Assembly (NCBI GenBank): GCA_963716445.1
Contig: OY970313.1
Location: 422,731-486,730 of the forward strand
Origin: an uncultured Solirubrobacterales bacterium
Lineage (GTDB): Bacteria > Actinomycetota > Thermoleophilia > Solirubrobacterales > Thermoleophilaceae
Reading direction: 5' to 3'
Length of the DNA: 64,000 nucleotides
The position numbers were made by a program, and so were the translations under genes. Below, piece by piece: positions 56,114 through 64,000 of the stretch (its first letter is position 1; the number at the start of each line of letters is the position of its first letter). The notes beneath the pieces are model-generated. The model made no database searches, was not told the origin of the DNA, and saw only the letters and a list, made by a program, of their open reading frames with translations.

Positions 56114-57031
56114 ATGGCCACCAGCGAGACACTGTCAACGGAGCAGCTCGGCCAGCCCGGCGACAGCTGCCCCTCGTGCGGCTCGCCGCTGGCCGCCGAC
56201 CAGCGCTACTGCTTGGAGTGCGGCTACCGGCGCGCCGCCTCGCGCGTGCCCTACGCGCAGCTGCTGGCCGGCCGCGAGCCCGACGACGTGCTGGCGCGCG
56301 AGGACGTCGCCGTGCAGGAGCCGCCCGCGTCGCCGCGCATCCCGGCGCAGCTGATGGCGGGCGCGGCTGGCGGGGCAGCCGCCCTGCTGCTCGGCTTCGG
56401 GCTGTTGCTCGGGTTCCTGATCGGCGGGGCCGACGACCAGCCGCAGCAGGTCGCGGCGCCCGTGCAGAAGCCGCCGATCGTGAACATCACGAACACCGGG
56501 GGCGGGGGAGACACCGTCGAGGCGGAGCTCACCGAGGACTGGCCGGTCGGCGAGAGCGGCTGGACGGTGCAGCTCGAGACGCTGCCGAAGGACTCCTCCG
56601 ACGTGGCCGCCGTCGACGCCGCCAAGAGCGACGCCGAGTCGAAGGGCGCCACCGACGTCGGGGCGCTCGACTCGGATGGCTACACATCCCTGAAGCCCGG
56701 CAACTACGTCATCTACTCGGGCGTGTTCACCGGCAAGGACGGCAGATCGAAGGCGCGGGACGCGCTGAAGAAGCTCAGGAAGGACTTCCCGGACGCGAAG
56801 GTCGTCCGCATCGCATCCGCGGACGCCGCCTTCGACGTCGAGGGCGAGCTGCCCGAGGAGAAGGTCGAGACCGTCGACGACAACGCGCTCGAGGACCTCG
56901 AGAGCTCGACCGGCCTGGAGCAGCAGAAGAAGTCGGCCCAGCTGCCCGACACCATCGGCACGGGCGGCGAGGCGCCGCCCGTCGACGACGAGAAGCCCGG
57001 CGCGGGCTCCGGAGGAGACGTGATCGAGTGA
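56114..57031 (+). CDS. Zinc-ribbon / TM / SPOR-like peptidoglycan-binding protein
   Basis: CPSCGSPLAADQRYCLECG, then a TM helix, then WTVQLETLPKDSS...YVIYSGVFTGKDGRSKARDALKKLRKDFPDAKVVRI (SPOR pattern). AGGAGAG RBS. Confidence 0.7.
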   Translation: MATSETLSTEQLGQPGDSCPSCGSPLAADQRYCLECGYRRAASRVPYAQLLAGREPDDVLAREDVAVQEPPASPRIPAQLMAGAAGGAAALLLGFGLLLGFLIGGADDQPQQVAAPVQKPPIVNITNTGGGGDTVEAELTEDWPVGESGWTVQLETLPKDSSDVAAVDAAKSDAESKGATDVGALDSDGYTSLKPGNYVIYSGVFTGKDGRSKARDALKKLRKDFPDAKVVRIASADAAFDVEGELPEEKVETVDDNALEDLESSTGLEQQKKSAQLPDTIGTGGEAPPVDDEKPGAGSGGDVIE

Positions 57032-57426
57032 GCGCGCTAGACCGAGTCAAGGACCGGCTGATGCCGACGGCGCCAGCCCCCGCAAACGGAGGCACGGCGT
57101 CCGTCGAGCGCTCCACGGTGTCGGAGAGCGAGCTCGCGCGCCGGCATGCGGCCGCGGCACGGCGGTTCGCCGAGGAGCAGTGGAACCTCGGCGGCCTCGC
57201 CTACGAGATGGCGATCCGCGACCACTTCCGCCTCGACGTCCTCCAGCGCGCCGCCGCGAAGGTGCAGGAGGCCGACGCCGAGCTCTCCAACCTCAGCCGG
57301 CTGCTCGAGCTCGAGCAGGCCGGAGCCGCGGGCGCGTGCGTGGAGTGCGGAGCCCTCTACGGCCGGGGCGCCGCTTTCTGCTCGAGCTGCGGCGTGCCGC
57401 TGGTGGAGAGCGTCCCACCGCGATGA
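57028..57426 (+). CDS. Coiled-coil protein with a C-terminal zinc ribbon
   Basis: GTG 57028 overlaps the upstream stop (GTGA). Ends ...CVECGALYGRGAAFCSSCGVPL. Confidence 0.55.
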   Translation: MSALDRVKDRLMPTAPAPANGGTASVERSTVSESELARRHAAAARRFAEEQWNLGGLAYEMAIRDHFRLDVLQRAAAKVQEADAELSNLSRLLELEQAGAAGACVECGALYGRGAAFCSSCGVPLVESVPPR

Positions 57427-59390
57427 GCCGTGTCGCGCGCCTCGAGTCCGTCCTCGCCGGCGGAACGCTGATCGCTGCGCTCGCGGTCGTGGGCACGGTT
57501 CCGGTCGAGGCGCAGGAGTCGCCAGCTCCGCCACCGCCACCAGCCGCGGTCGCGCCCGCACCGGCGAATCCGCCCGCCGACGACGTCGAGTGGGGGCCGG
57601 TCGTCGAGGAGCCCACGCCACCGCCTCCACCCGCACCGGGCGCCGGGCGCCAGCAGGCACGCGGGGGAGACGACCGAACGCCAGTCGATCCCCCGCCATC
57701 GAGCCCGCCGCCGCCGCCGGCCTCGCCCCCGACCAACCCCGATGGCTCTCCGTCGCCGTCGAACCCGACGTACATCGACGCGCTTCCAGGCCCGGCCATG
57801 ACCCAGGGCGTCCCGAACTTCGTGATCCGCAAGTTCCGAGTGCCGCTGTTCCTACTGCCGATCTACCAGGCGGCGGGGATCGAGTACGGCATTCGCTGGG
57901 AGATCCTGGCGGCGATCAACGAGATCGAGACCGACTACGGACGCAACCTCAACGTCTCCTCCGCTGGCGCGTTGGGCTGGATGCAGTTCATGCCGGCCTC
58001 TTGGCGCGCCTATGGCGTGGATGCCAACAAGGACGGGCGCAAGGACCCCTACAACCCCGTTGACGCGATCTTCGCTGCGGCCCGCTACCTGGAGGCCGCC
58101 GACTACGAGAATGACGTCCGCGGCGCGATCTTCGCCTACAACCACGCCGACTGGTACGTCGACTCCGTGCTGCTGCGCGCCCGGCTGATCTCCGGCGTCC
58201 CCGCCGACCTCGTCGGCTCGCTCACCGGACTGACCGAGGGCCGCTTCCCGATCGCCGCACGCGCTCGCTACGCGAGCCGCGGCGAGCGCGGGGCGAAGCT
58301 CTTCGCACCCAAGGGGGCCCCAGTCGTCGCGACCGCCGATGGGATCGTCAAGGCCGTGGGACGCAGCGAGCGGCGCGGCAACTATCTGGTCCTCCAGGAC
58401 GTGTACGGCAACCGCTACACCTACGCCGGCCTCGGGAGGATCACGCTCGACGTCCCGATGGCCGAGGCGCGCACCGCTCGCGGAGCCGTCGTCCACACCA
58501 AGCAGCGGCTGTTCGCCCGCCCCGACCTCGCGTCGGAGCGCCACCAGCGCAAGCTGCAGCGGGGAATGCATCTGACCGTTGGGACCGTGATCGGTCGTGT
58601 CGGAGTGACGGAGGCCGGCAAGGCGGCACACATCGACTTCGGGATCCGTCCGGCTGGCAAGGGTGCGCCGACGATCGATCCGAAGCCGATCCTCGACGGC
58701 TGGAAGCTGCTGGAGGCGACTGCGATCTACCGCGCGGAGGGCAAGAACGTGCTCTACGGCGACGGGCCGGGCGCGGGCCTGTCGATCGGCCAGATCATGC
58801 TGCTGCCCAAGCCGCTGCTCGAGAAGCGCGTGCTTGGCGACGAGCGGATAGACATCTACGAGGGCGGTCGCCAGGACGTCAAGGCGGGTCAGATCGACCG
58901 GCGCGTGCTCGCGACGATCGCCTACCTCGCCGAGTCCGGGCTGCGGCCGACGGTCACCTCGCTGAAGGCCGGCCATGGCTACCTGACCGCTTCGGGCAAC
59001 GTCTCCCACCACTCCTCGGGCAACGCAGTGGACGTCGCGGCGATCAACGGCGTGCCGATCCTCGGACACCAGGAGCCCGGAGGGGTGACCGACCAGGCCG
59101 TCCGGAGGCTGATGCGCCTCCAAGGCACGATGCGCCCCGACCAGATCATCAGCCTCCTGGACTACGGCCAGAACACGATCGCGATGGGCGACCACCACGA
59201 CCACATCCACGTCGGCTTCCAGCCGCTCTTCGGCGCCAACTTCGAGCTCGGCCGCCAGGCGATGGCAGCCCTCGAGCCCGGCCAGTGGTCCGACCTGATC
59301 GCGCGCCTGCGCGAGATCGACAACCCGGTCGTCCCCACCGAGCCGTCCAAGCACTCGCTGCCGGCGCGTACTCAGCGTCGCGAGCGGTAG
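57423..59390 (+). CDS. Secreted multidomain cell-wall hydrolase: SLT-type lytic transglycosylase, degenerate LytM/M23-like domain and LAS (VanY/M15-like) metallopeptidase
   Basis: ATG 57423 overlaps the upstream stop (ATGA), with a signal peptide. SLT: WEILAAINEIETDYG...GALGWMQFMPASW. LytM-like: GAPVVATADGIVK...YTYAGLG...HIDFGI. LAS: SHHSSGNAVDV...DHHDHIHVGF. Confidence 0.8.
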   Translation: MSRVARLESVLAGGTLIAALAVVGTVPVEAQESPAPPPPPAAVAPAPANPPADDVEWGPVVEEPTPPPPPAPGAGRQQARGGDDRTPVDPPPSSPPPPPASPPTNPDGSPSPSNPTYIDALPGPAMTQGVPNFVIRKFRVPLFLLPIYQAAGIEYGIRWEILAAINEIETDYGRNLNVSSAGALGWMQFMPASWRAYGVDANKDGRKDPYNPVDAIFAAARYLEAADYENDVRGAIFAYNHADWYVDSVLLRARLISGVPADLVGSLTGLTEGRFPIAARARYASRGERGAKLFAPKGAPVVATADGIVKAVGRSERRGNYLVLQDVYGNRYTYAGLGRITLDVPMAEARTARGAVVHTKQRLFARPDLASERHQRKLQRGMHLTVGTVIGRVGVTEAGKAAHIDFGIRPAGKGAPTIDPKPILDGWKLLEATAIYRAEGKNVLYGDGPGAGLSIGQIMLLPKPLLEKRVLGDERIDIYEGGRQDVKAGQIDRRVLATIAYLAESGLRPTVTSLKAGHGYLTASGNVSHHSSGNAVDVAAINGVPILGHQEPGGVTDQAVRRLMRLQGTMRPDQIISLLDYGQNTIAMGDHHDHIHVGFQPLFGANFELGRQAMAALEPGQWSDLIARLREIDNPVVPTEPSKHSLPARTQRRER

Positions 59391-59454
59391 GTCGCGCAAC
59401 CGCGGTGCACCGGCGTCCGCCACGCAGCCGTAGCCGCGGGTCGCTTGTTGGCAA

Positions 59455-59498
59455 CTTCTCTCCAGCGTCACCTAACCGTTACCGCTCGCTAACGGTCC
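59455..59498 (+). promoter_or_regulatory. Four 11-bp-phased boxes CTTCTCTCCAG CGTCACCTAAC CGTTACCGCTC GCTAACGGTCC upstream of the PhoX-like gene
   Basis: 65-108 nt upstream of TTG 59563, in the same orientation as the gene. Confidence 0.45.
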
Positions 59499-59562
59499 GA
59501 TAGCAAGCGCTCTTCGTGGCGGCCTTAGCGTCGTTTGCGACCCCACCGAGAAGGAGATTTCC

Positions 59563-61173
59563 TTGAGCATCCGACACATGGGGCGTCGTGCGGCCGTGGG
59601 CACGGTCGCCGCCGTCTCGACCCTTTCGGCCGCGATCGCCATCGCGGCTCCGTCGCTCGTCGGCGACGACACCGGCCCGTCCACTCCGACCGCTCCGTAC
59701 GTGCTGCCGGTCGCCGACGGCGTGAGCACGAAGTCCCTACTCACCGTCGGCGACGCCGGATCGGCCTCCAACGACTACGAGATGGCCGGCATCCCCGACG
59801 GGCTGGGCGCCGTGAGGTCGCCCAACGGCCGCGACTTCACCCTGCTGATGAACCACGAGCTGCGCAGCAACCAGGGCGTGCCGCGCCGTCACGGCGTCAG
59901 GGGCGCGTTCGTCTCCGAGCTGCAGATCGACAAGATCACCCACGAGGTTGAGCAGGGCGGCGACCTGATCGACCCTGGCGTCCGCTACTGGAACTACGTG
60001 ACCCAGACCTACGGCGCCACGCCGTCGCCCGCTGGCGACAACCCGCGCAAGGTCGACGACCCGGCCAACCCGGCGAAGGACGACTTCCTCGCGCAGATCG
60101 CGGAGTTCGCGCGGTTCTGTTCGAGCAGCATCACCGAGGCGCGTCAGCTCTTCAACCCGTCCACCGGCAACGGCTACAAGGGCCAGGTCTACTTCGCCAA
60201 CGAGGAGGACGGCGACGAGGGCCGGCTCTTCGGCGTGACGACCGACGGCCAGGCGCAGCAGCTGCCGCGCTTCGGGCAGTTCACCTGGGAGAACACCCTC
60301 GCCGCGTTCAACCGGACCGACACTACGCTGGTGATGGGCCAGGACGACGCGACCGCCGGCCAGCAGTGGGTCTATGTCGGCCGCAAGCAGGACTCCGGCA
60401 ACGAGCTCGACCGCGCCGGCCTCACCAACGGCGTACCGTTCGTGCTCGACCTCGAGGACGAGAGCATCGACTCGGATCCCGAGTTCCGCGCTGCCTACGG
60501 CAAGGGCGTCCCGGTCCGCTTCGACCTCGGCGAGGCAGAGCAGGTCGACTGGGACCAGAGCGGCAGGCAGCAGAACCTCGACGCCGTTCAGAAGGGCCTG
60601 ACGCTCAACCGGATCGAGGACGGCGCATGGGATCCACGCAACCCGTCCGATTTCTACTTCGTCACGACCGAGGGCTCGCCCGGCACGGTGCCCGGCACCA
60701 ACCCGCCGGTCTCGCGTGACGGCGGTGGCCTATGGCGAGTCCGCTTCGACGACGTCGAGCGTCCGGAGCTCGGCGGCACGATCGAGCTGCTGCTCGACGG
60801 CAGCGAGGCGCCGCATCTGAACAAGCCGGACAACGTCGCGATGGACCGCCACGGCCACCTGCTGATCCAGGAGGACCCGGGCAACAACGCCCAGCTGGCC
60901 CGCATCCTCGCCTACGACGTCGACAGCGGCGAGCGTGCCGTCCTCGCCGAGTTCGACCGGGCGAAGTTCACCGCCGGACAGCCGGACTTCCTTACCCAGG
61001 ACGAGGAGTCCAGCGGCATCGTCGACGCGCATGAGCTGCTCGGCGAGCGGACCTTCCTGCTCGACGCCCAGGTGCACAAGGCGCACCCGGACGCCGACAA
61101 GGTAGAGCTCGGTCAGCTGCTCGCGCTAGAGGTTCGGAGCTGGAAGGAGGTCTTCGCCGACGCAGCTCCATGA
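59563..61173 (+). CDS. Secreted PhoX/DUF839-like protein (putative phosphatase)
   Basis: RR-containing signal peptide. NHELR, YFANEEDGDEGRLFGV, FGQFTWENT, NRIEDGAWDP and KPDNVAMDRHGHLLIQEDPGNN resemble the DUF839 propeller. GAAGGAG RBS before the TTG. Confidence 0.6.
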   Translation: MSIRHMGRRAAVGTVAAVSTLSAAIAIAAPSLVGDDTGPSTPTAPYVLPVADGVSTKSLLTVGDAGSASNDYEMAGIPDGLGAVRSPNGRDFTLLMNHELRSNQGVPRRHGVRGAFVSELQIDKITHEVEQGGDLIDPGVRYWNYVTQTYGATPSPAGDNPRKVDDPANPAKDDFLAQIAEFARFCSSSITEARQLFNPSTGNGYKGQVYFANEEDGDEGRLFGVTTDGQAQQLPRFGQFTWENTLAAFNRTDTTLVMGQDDATAGQQWVYVGRKQDSGNELDRAGLTNGVPFVLDLEDESIDSDPEFRAAYGKGVPVRFDLGEAEQVDWDQSGRQQNLDAVQKGLTLNRIEDGAWDPRNPSDFYFVTTEGSPGTVPGTNPPVSRDGGGLWRVRFDDVERPELGGTIELLLDGSEAPHLNKPDNVAMDRHGHLLIQEDPGNNAQLARILAYDVDSGERAVLAEFDRAKFTAGQPDFLTQDEESSGIVDAHELLGERTFLLDAQVHKAHPDADKVELGQLLALEVRSWKEVFADAAP

Positions 61174-61231
61174 GACGCGGGGTGCACACCGCGAGGCCCA
61201 GCCGCTGGAGGGACGGCGAGGGCCTTTTGGA

Positions 61232-61263
61232 GAGAACGCCGGGCCCTTGGGCCCGGCGTTCTC
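61232..61263. terminator. Bidirectional stem-loop terminator between convergent genes
   Basis: GAGAACGCCGGGCC cttg GGCCCGGCGTTCTC forms a 14-bp perfect stem, followed by ATTTCGAT. Confidence 0.7.
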
Positions 61264-61387
61264 ATTTCGATGGATCGCAGCTTTCGTCGTCGCCGAGTCG
61301 ACCCCGCACTTCCTCCTGCCGCGCCACTCGCAGCGCTTCCGCTACACCGACATCTCCGGAGCCGAAGAAGGGCTCCCGACTGGCGGA

Positions 61388-61807
61388 TCAGGTGCGTATG
61401 GCGCTCGGGCGAGTCAACGCCCAGATCACCCACACGTCGAGCGCGATCACGAGGATCGCCCAGAACGGGTAGTACGGGATGAAGAAGAAGTTCGCGATCG
61501 CGCTGAGCGTCGCCAGGAAGATCGCGGTGACCCCCGCCCATGCCTGACGGCCGAACAGCCCGAACCCGGTGATCACCAGCAGCGTGCCGATGATCAGGTG
61601 CAGCCAGCCCCAGGCCGTGACGTCGAGATCGAACGCGTAGGCGCGCCCGACGACGAACAGGTCGTCCTCGATGATCGCCGCGAGGCCCGCCACGACCTGG
61701 AAGACGCCGATCATGATCAGCATGACCGCAGCGAAGCCGATGCCGGCAGTGGCCCAGCCGGACACCTCCGGCTCGTAACGGGGGTCGGGGTCGGCGTTCG
61801 CGCTCAA
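61388..61807 (-). CDS. Small integral membrane protein (DUF7144-like)
   Basis: Four TM helices with GVFQVVAGLAAI and WGWLHLIIGTLLVITGFGLF. TTG start follows GAAGGAG. Confidence 0.7.
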   Translation of the reverse strand: MSANADPDPRYEPEVSGWATAGIGFAAVMLIMIGVFQVVAGLAAIIEDDLFVVGRAYAFDLDVTAWGWLHLIIGTLLVITGFGLFGRQAWAGVTAIFLATLSAIANFFFIPYYPFWAILVIALDVWVIWALTRPSAIRT

Positions 61808-61941
61808 GAGCTTCTCCTTCAGGTAGTCGTTCGCGGCCCGTCGAGCGAACCGCCGTACGGCCTCAAGTCCCTGGTACGACTATCTCGGGCGCGCCACGGG
61901 CGGGCAAACCGGCCTGCCTGCGTCCGGGGGTGTGGTGTGCA

Positions 61942-62661
61942 TCACCGGCTCTGGTCGTGTTCGACGCGTCGCACGTCCTCCAGCGCCTCCTTCTCCGCGA
62001 GGTAGACGAGCGTCGCCTTGACGCGGGGGCTGACGTCGGTCGCGTAGGTGAGGCCCAGCTTGAGGAAGATCGAGTGGATGTGCTTCTCGACCGCGCGCTT
62101 GGTCAGGACGAGCTCGTCGGCGATCGCCTGGTTGTCGTGCCCCCGTGCGACGAACGACAGGATCTCCAGCTCCCGAGGCGTCAACTCCGCGAGCGGCGAC
62201 CGCTCGGCTCGGCGCCGCTCGTCGACGAGGCCCTCGACCACCTTCGCGTCGATCACCGAGCCACCTTGTGCGACGGCCTTTATGGCGGCGACGAGTTGCC
62301 CGCCGTGGTGGACGCGCTCCTTGAGCAGGTACGCCCGCCGGTCCGAGCCGTGCTCGAGGAGCGCCAGGCCGTAGCGAGGCTCGGCGAACTGGCTGAGGAC
62401 CACGACTCCGACGTCCGGGTGGGTCCGCCGCAGCGTCGCGGCGATCCTCAGTCCCTCGTCGGTGTTCGAGGGTGGCATCCGGATGTCGGTGACGACCACC
62501 TCGGGGTTCAGGGCCTCCACGGCACGCAGGAGCGATCCTTCGTCCTCGCAGGTCGCGACCACGTCGATGTCCTCCTCTGCGTCGAGCAGGTGAGTCAGCG
62601 CCTCGCGCGTGAGATAGCTGTCGTCGCCGAGCGCCACACGGATCGCGCGAGCTTCTCCCAT
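61942..62661 (-). CDS. NarL/LuxR-family response regulator
   Basis: Receiver (VALGDDS, VVTDIRMPP) plus LuxR HTH (LTPRELEILSFVARGHDNQAIADELVLTKRAVEKHIHSIFLKLG). ATG 62661. Confidence 0.85.
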   Translation of the reverse strand: MGEARAIRVALGDDSYLTREALTHLLDAEEDIDVVATCEDEGSLLRAVEALNPEVVVTDIRMPPSNTDEGLRIAATLRRTHPDVGVVVLSQFAEPRYGLALLEHGSDRRAYLLKERVHHGGQLVAAIKAVAQGGSVIDAKVVEGLVDERRRAERSPLAELTPRELEILSFVARGHDNQAIADELVLTKRAVEKHIHSIFLKLGLTYATDVSPRVKATLVYLAEKEALEDVRRVEHDQSR

Positions 62662-62804
62662 CCGTCGAGTATCCGCCCGTCGACCGAGTGGAGTCAACCG
62701 GCGGCGACGATGGTGCGTGCACGCGGCAGGCCTGCATGAGCATCTCCTTGCTCGGTCGTGTCGCAGCCGGCACGGTGGGACCGAGCTGAACCGAAGGAGG
62801 CAGC

Positions 62805-63194
62805 TTGGGGACAGACCGACCCGTGACGGTGCTTGCGGTTGACGACCAACAGGTCTTTCGCCGTGTGGCGCGTGGCCTGATAGCGGCGACGCCGGGCTTC
62901 GAGCAGGTCGGCGAGGCCGCTTCGGGGCCGGAGGCCTTGGAGCTGGTGGCGGAACTGCATCCCGATCTCGTGCTGATCGACGTGCGGATGCCCGGAATGG
63001 ACGGGATCGAGACCGCGCGCCGGCTGGCCGAGATCAACGACCGTGCGGTCGTGGTGCTCACGTCGGTCGAGTCGCTGCCGGAGCTTCCCTCGGTCGTGGC
63101 CTCGGGGGAGGCCGAGGCCTACATACGCAAGCAGGACCTGACGACGGCCTCGCTGCGCGAGGTCTGGAAGGCCCACGGCCCCCGCGCAGGCTGA
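62805..63194 (+). CDS. Single-domain CheY-like response regulator
   Basis: VLAVDDQ, LVLIDVRMPGMDG, VVVLTS and YIRK. GAAGGAGG RBS before TTG 62805. Confidence 0.8.
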   Translation: MGTDRPVTVLAVDDQQVFRRVARGLIAATPGFEQVGEAASGPEALELVAELHPDLVLIDVRMPGMDGIETARRLAEINDRAVVVLTSVESLPELPSVVASGEAEAYIRKQDLTTASLREVWKAHGPRAG

Positions 63195-63210
63195 CCGAGG
63201 CGCGAGCCGC

Positions 63211-64000
63211 TCAGAGCGGTCCGGTGTCGGCCGAGGCGCCCCGTGCCGGCACCTGGCCTGACACGGTGGTGCCCACACCCGCGCGCGAGTGGATGACGAG
63301 CTCCCCGTCCACCGCGGCCACCCGGTCTCTCATGTTCGCGATCCCTGCGCCCTGGGCCAGCGTGCCGTCGGTCGCGTTGACGCCGTCGTCGCGCACGCTG
63401 AACCGCAGCGACCGCCTCCCGCCGTCGAGACGGATCTCGACGCGTCGCGCGCCGGCGTGCTTGAGGACGTTCTGCAGCGCCTCGACGACGCAGAAGTAGA
63501 CGGCTCCCTCGACCTCCGGGCCGTAGCGCTCGACGCCGTGCGCCTCGACGTCGATCGGTACCGGGGATCTCCTGGCCACGACCTGGACGGCCTCGGCGAC
63601 GCCGCGATCCGCGAGCGTGGGAGGGCAGACGCCATGGGCGAGCGATCGCAGCTCCTCGAGCGCCTCGTCGACGTCGAGCTCGAGCTCCTTCAGGCGATCG
63701 ACCCCCCGGCGGGGATCGCGGCGGACGATCTCCTCGGTGAGCTCCAGCTCGATGCGCAGCGCGACCAGCCGCTGCTGGGCGCCGTCGTGCAGGTCTCGCT
63801 CGATACGGCGGCGCTCCCGCTCGGCGCTGGAGGCGATCCGAGCCCGCGACCGCTCGACTTCGCGCGTCGCCAGCCGAGCTTCGGTCGCCAAGCGCTGGTT
63901 GTCGAGCGCGACGGTCTCCATGCGTTCGAGGAGCGTCTCCATCTCACGATCGGCGAACGGTCGCCGGCGCGTGGCCTCATGCCGGACGCCGAGCCCGATC
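63211..64000 (-). CDS. Sensor histidine kinase (HisKA_3 plus HATPase_c), 5' end outside the window
   Basis: H-box RRRIERDLHDGAQQRLVAL and an ATPase domain (EALQNVLKHAGA, DDGVNA, GAGIANMRDR). The frame stays open upstream of the listed M (63942) to base 64000. Confidence 0.8.
   Translation of the reverse strand, partial: IGLGVRHEATRRRPFADREMETLLERMETVALDNQRLATEARLATREVERSRARIASSAERERRRIERDLHDGAQQRLVALRIELELTEEIVRRDPRRGVDRLKELELDVDEALEELRSLAHGVCPPTLADRGVAEAVQVVARRSPVPIDVEAHGVERYGPEVEGAVYFCVVEALQNVLKHAGARRVEIRLDGGRRSLRFSVRDDGVNATDGTLAQGAGIANMRDRVAAVDGELVIHSRAGVGTTVSGQVPARGASADTGPL

Overview
High-GC (about 70%) Actinomycetota-like chromosomal segment with no rRNA, CRISPR array or transposase. 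Four blocks stand out.

(1) 1-12.4 kb, housekeeping and regulatory genes: an MBL-fold hydrolase, an R2-like di-iron protein, an ECF sigma factor fused to a ZAS anti-sigma motif, tRNA-Leu(UAA), a PP2C phosphatase, an 8x-repeat secreted protein, an NADP oxidoreductase, a ThDP enzyme, a Ppx/GppA phosphatase and a TetR regulator.

(2) 12.4-27.4 kb, a composite genomic island at the initiator tRNA-Met gene. The intact tRNA is followed by four further tRNA-derived sequences in the same orientation. The island also has a 375-bp direct repeat, three copies of a second roughly 80-100 bp repeat, a 5'-truncated tyrosine integrase, several XRE/toxin-antitoxin-like pairs, a frameshifted folD and an orphan MNT nucleotidyltransferase. 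This is the signature of serial integration followed by decay.

(3) 28-34 kb: a PPC-domain secreted protein, a DHFR-like protein, a minimal K+ channel and two DHA2 MFS transporters.

(4) 34.5-61.2 kb, a phosphate-flavoured super-cluster. It contains DUF47 (PhoU-related), an orphan OmpR-type response regulator plus a stand-alone copy of its DNA-binding domain, and a roughly 15-kb minus-strand operon. That operon encodes secreted beta-propeller and giant proteins with an embedded FtsH and a PstS-like protein. Next comes pstSCAB, translationally coupled to a lipoprotein, two zinc-ribbon proteins and a three-domain cell-wall hydrolase, followed by a PhoX/DUF839-like protein.

Five promoter regions in block 4 share 11-bp-phased direct repeats (cTTCACC / CTTATCC / CCAGAT), which suggests a single winged-helix regulon. 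I consider this regulon plus the FtsH-containing giant-protein operon the best candidate for an undescribed system. The window ends with a NarL-type regulator, a CheY-like receiver and a partial HisKA_3 kinase.

All calls come from reading the sequence and the ORF translations. No database search was possible.
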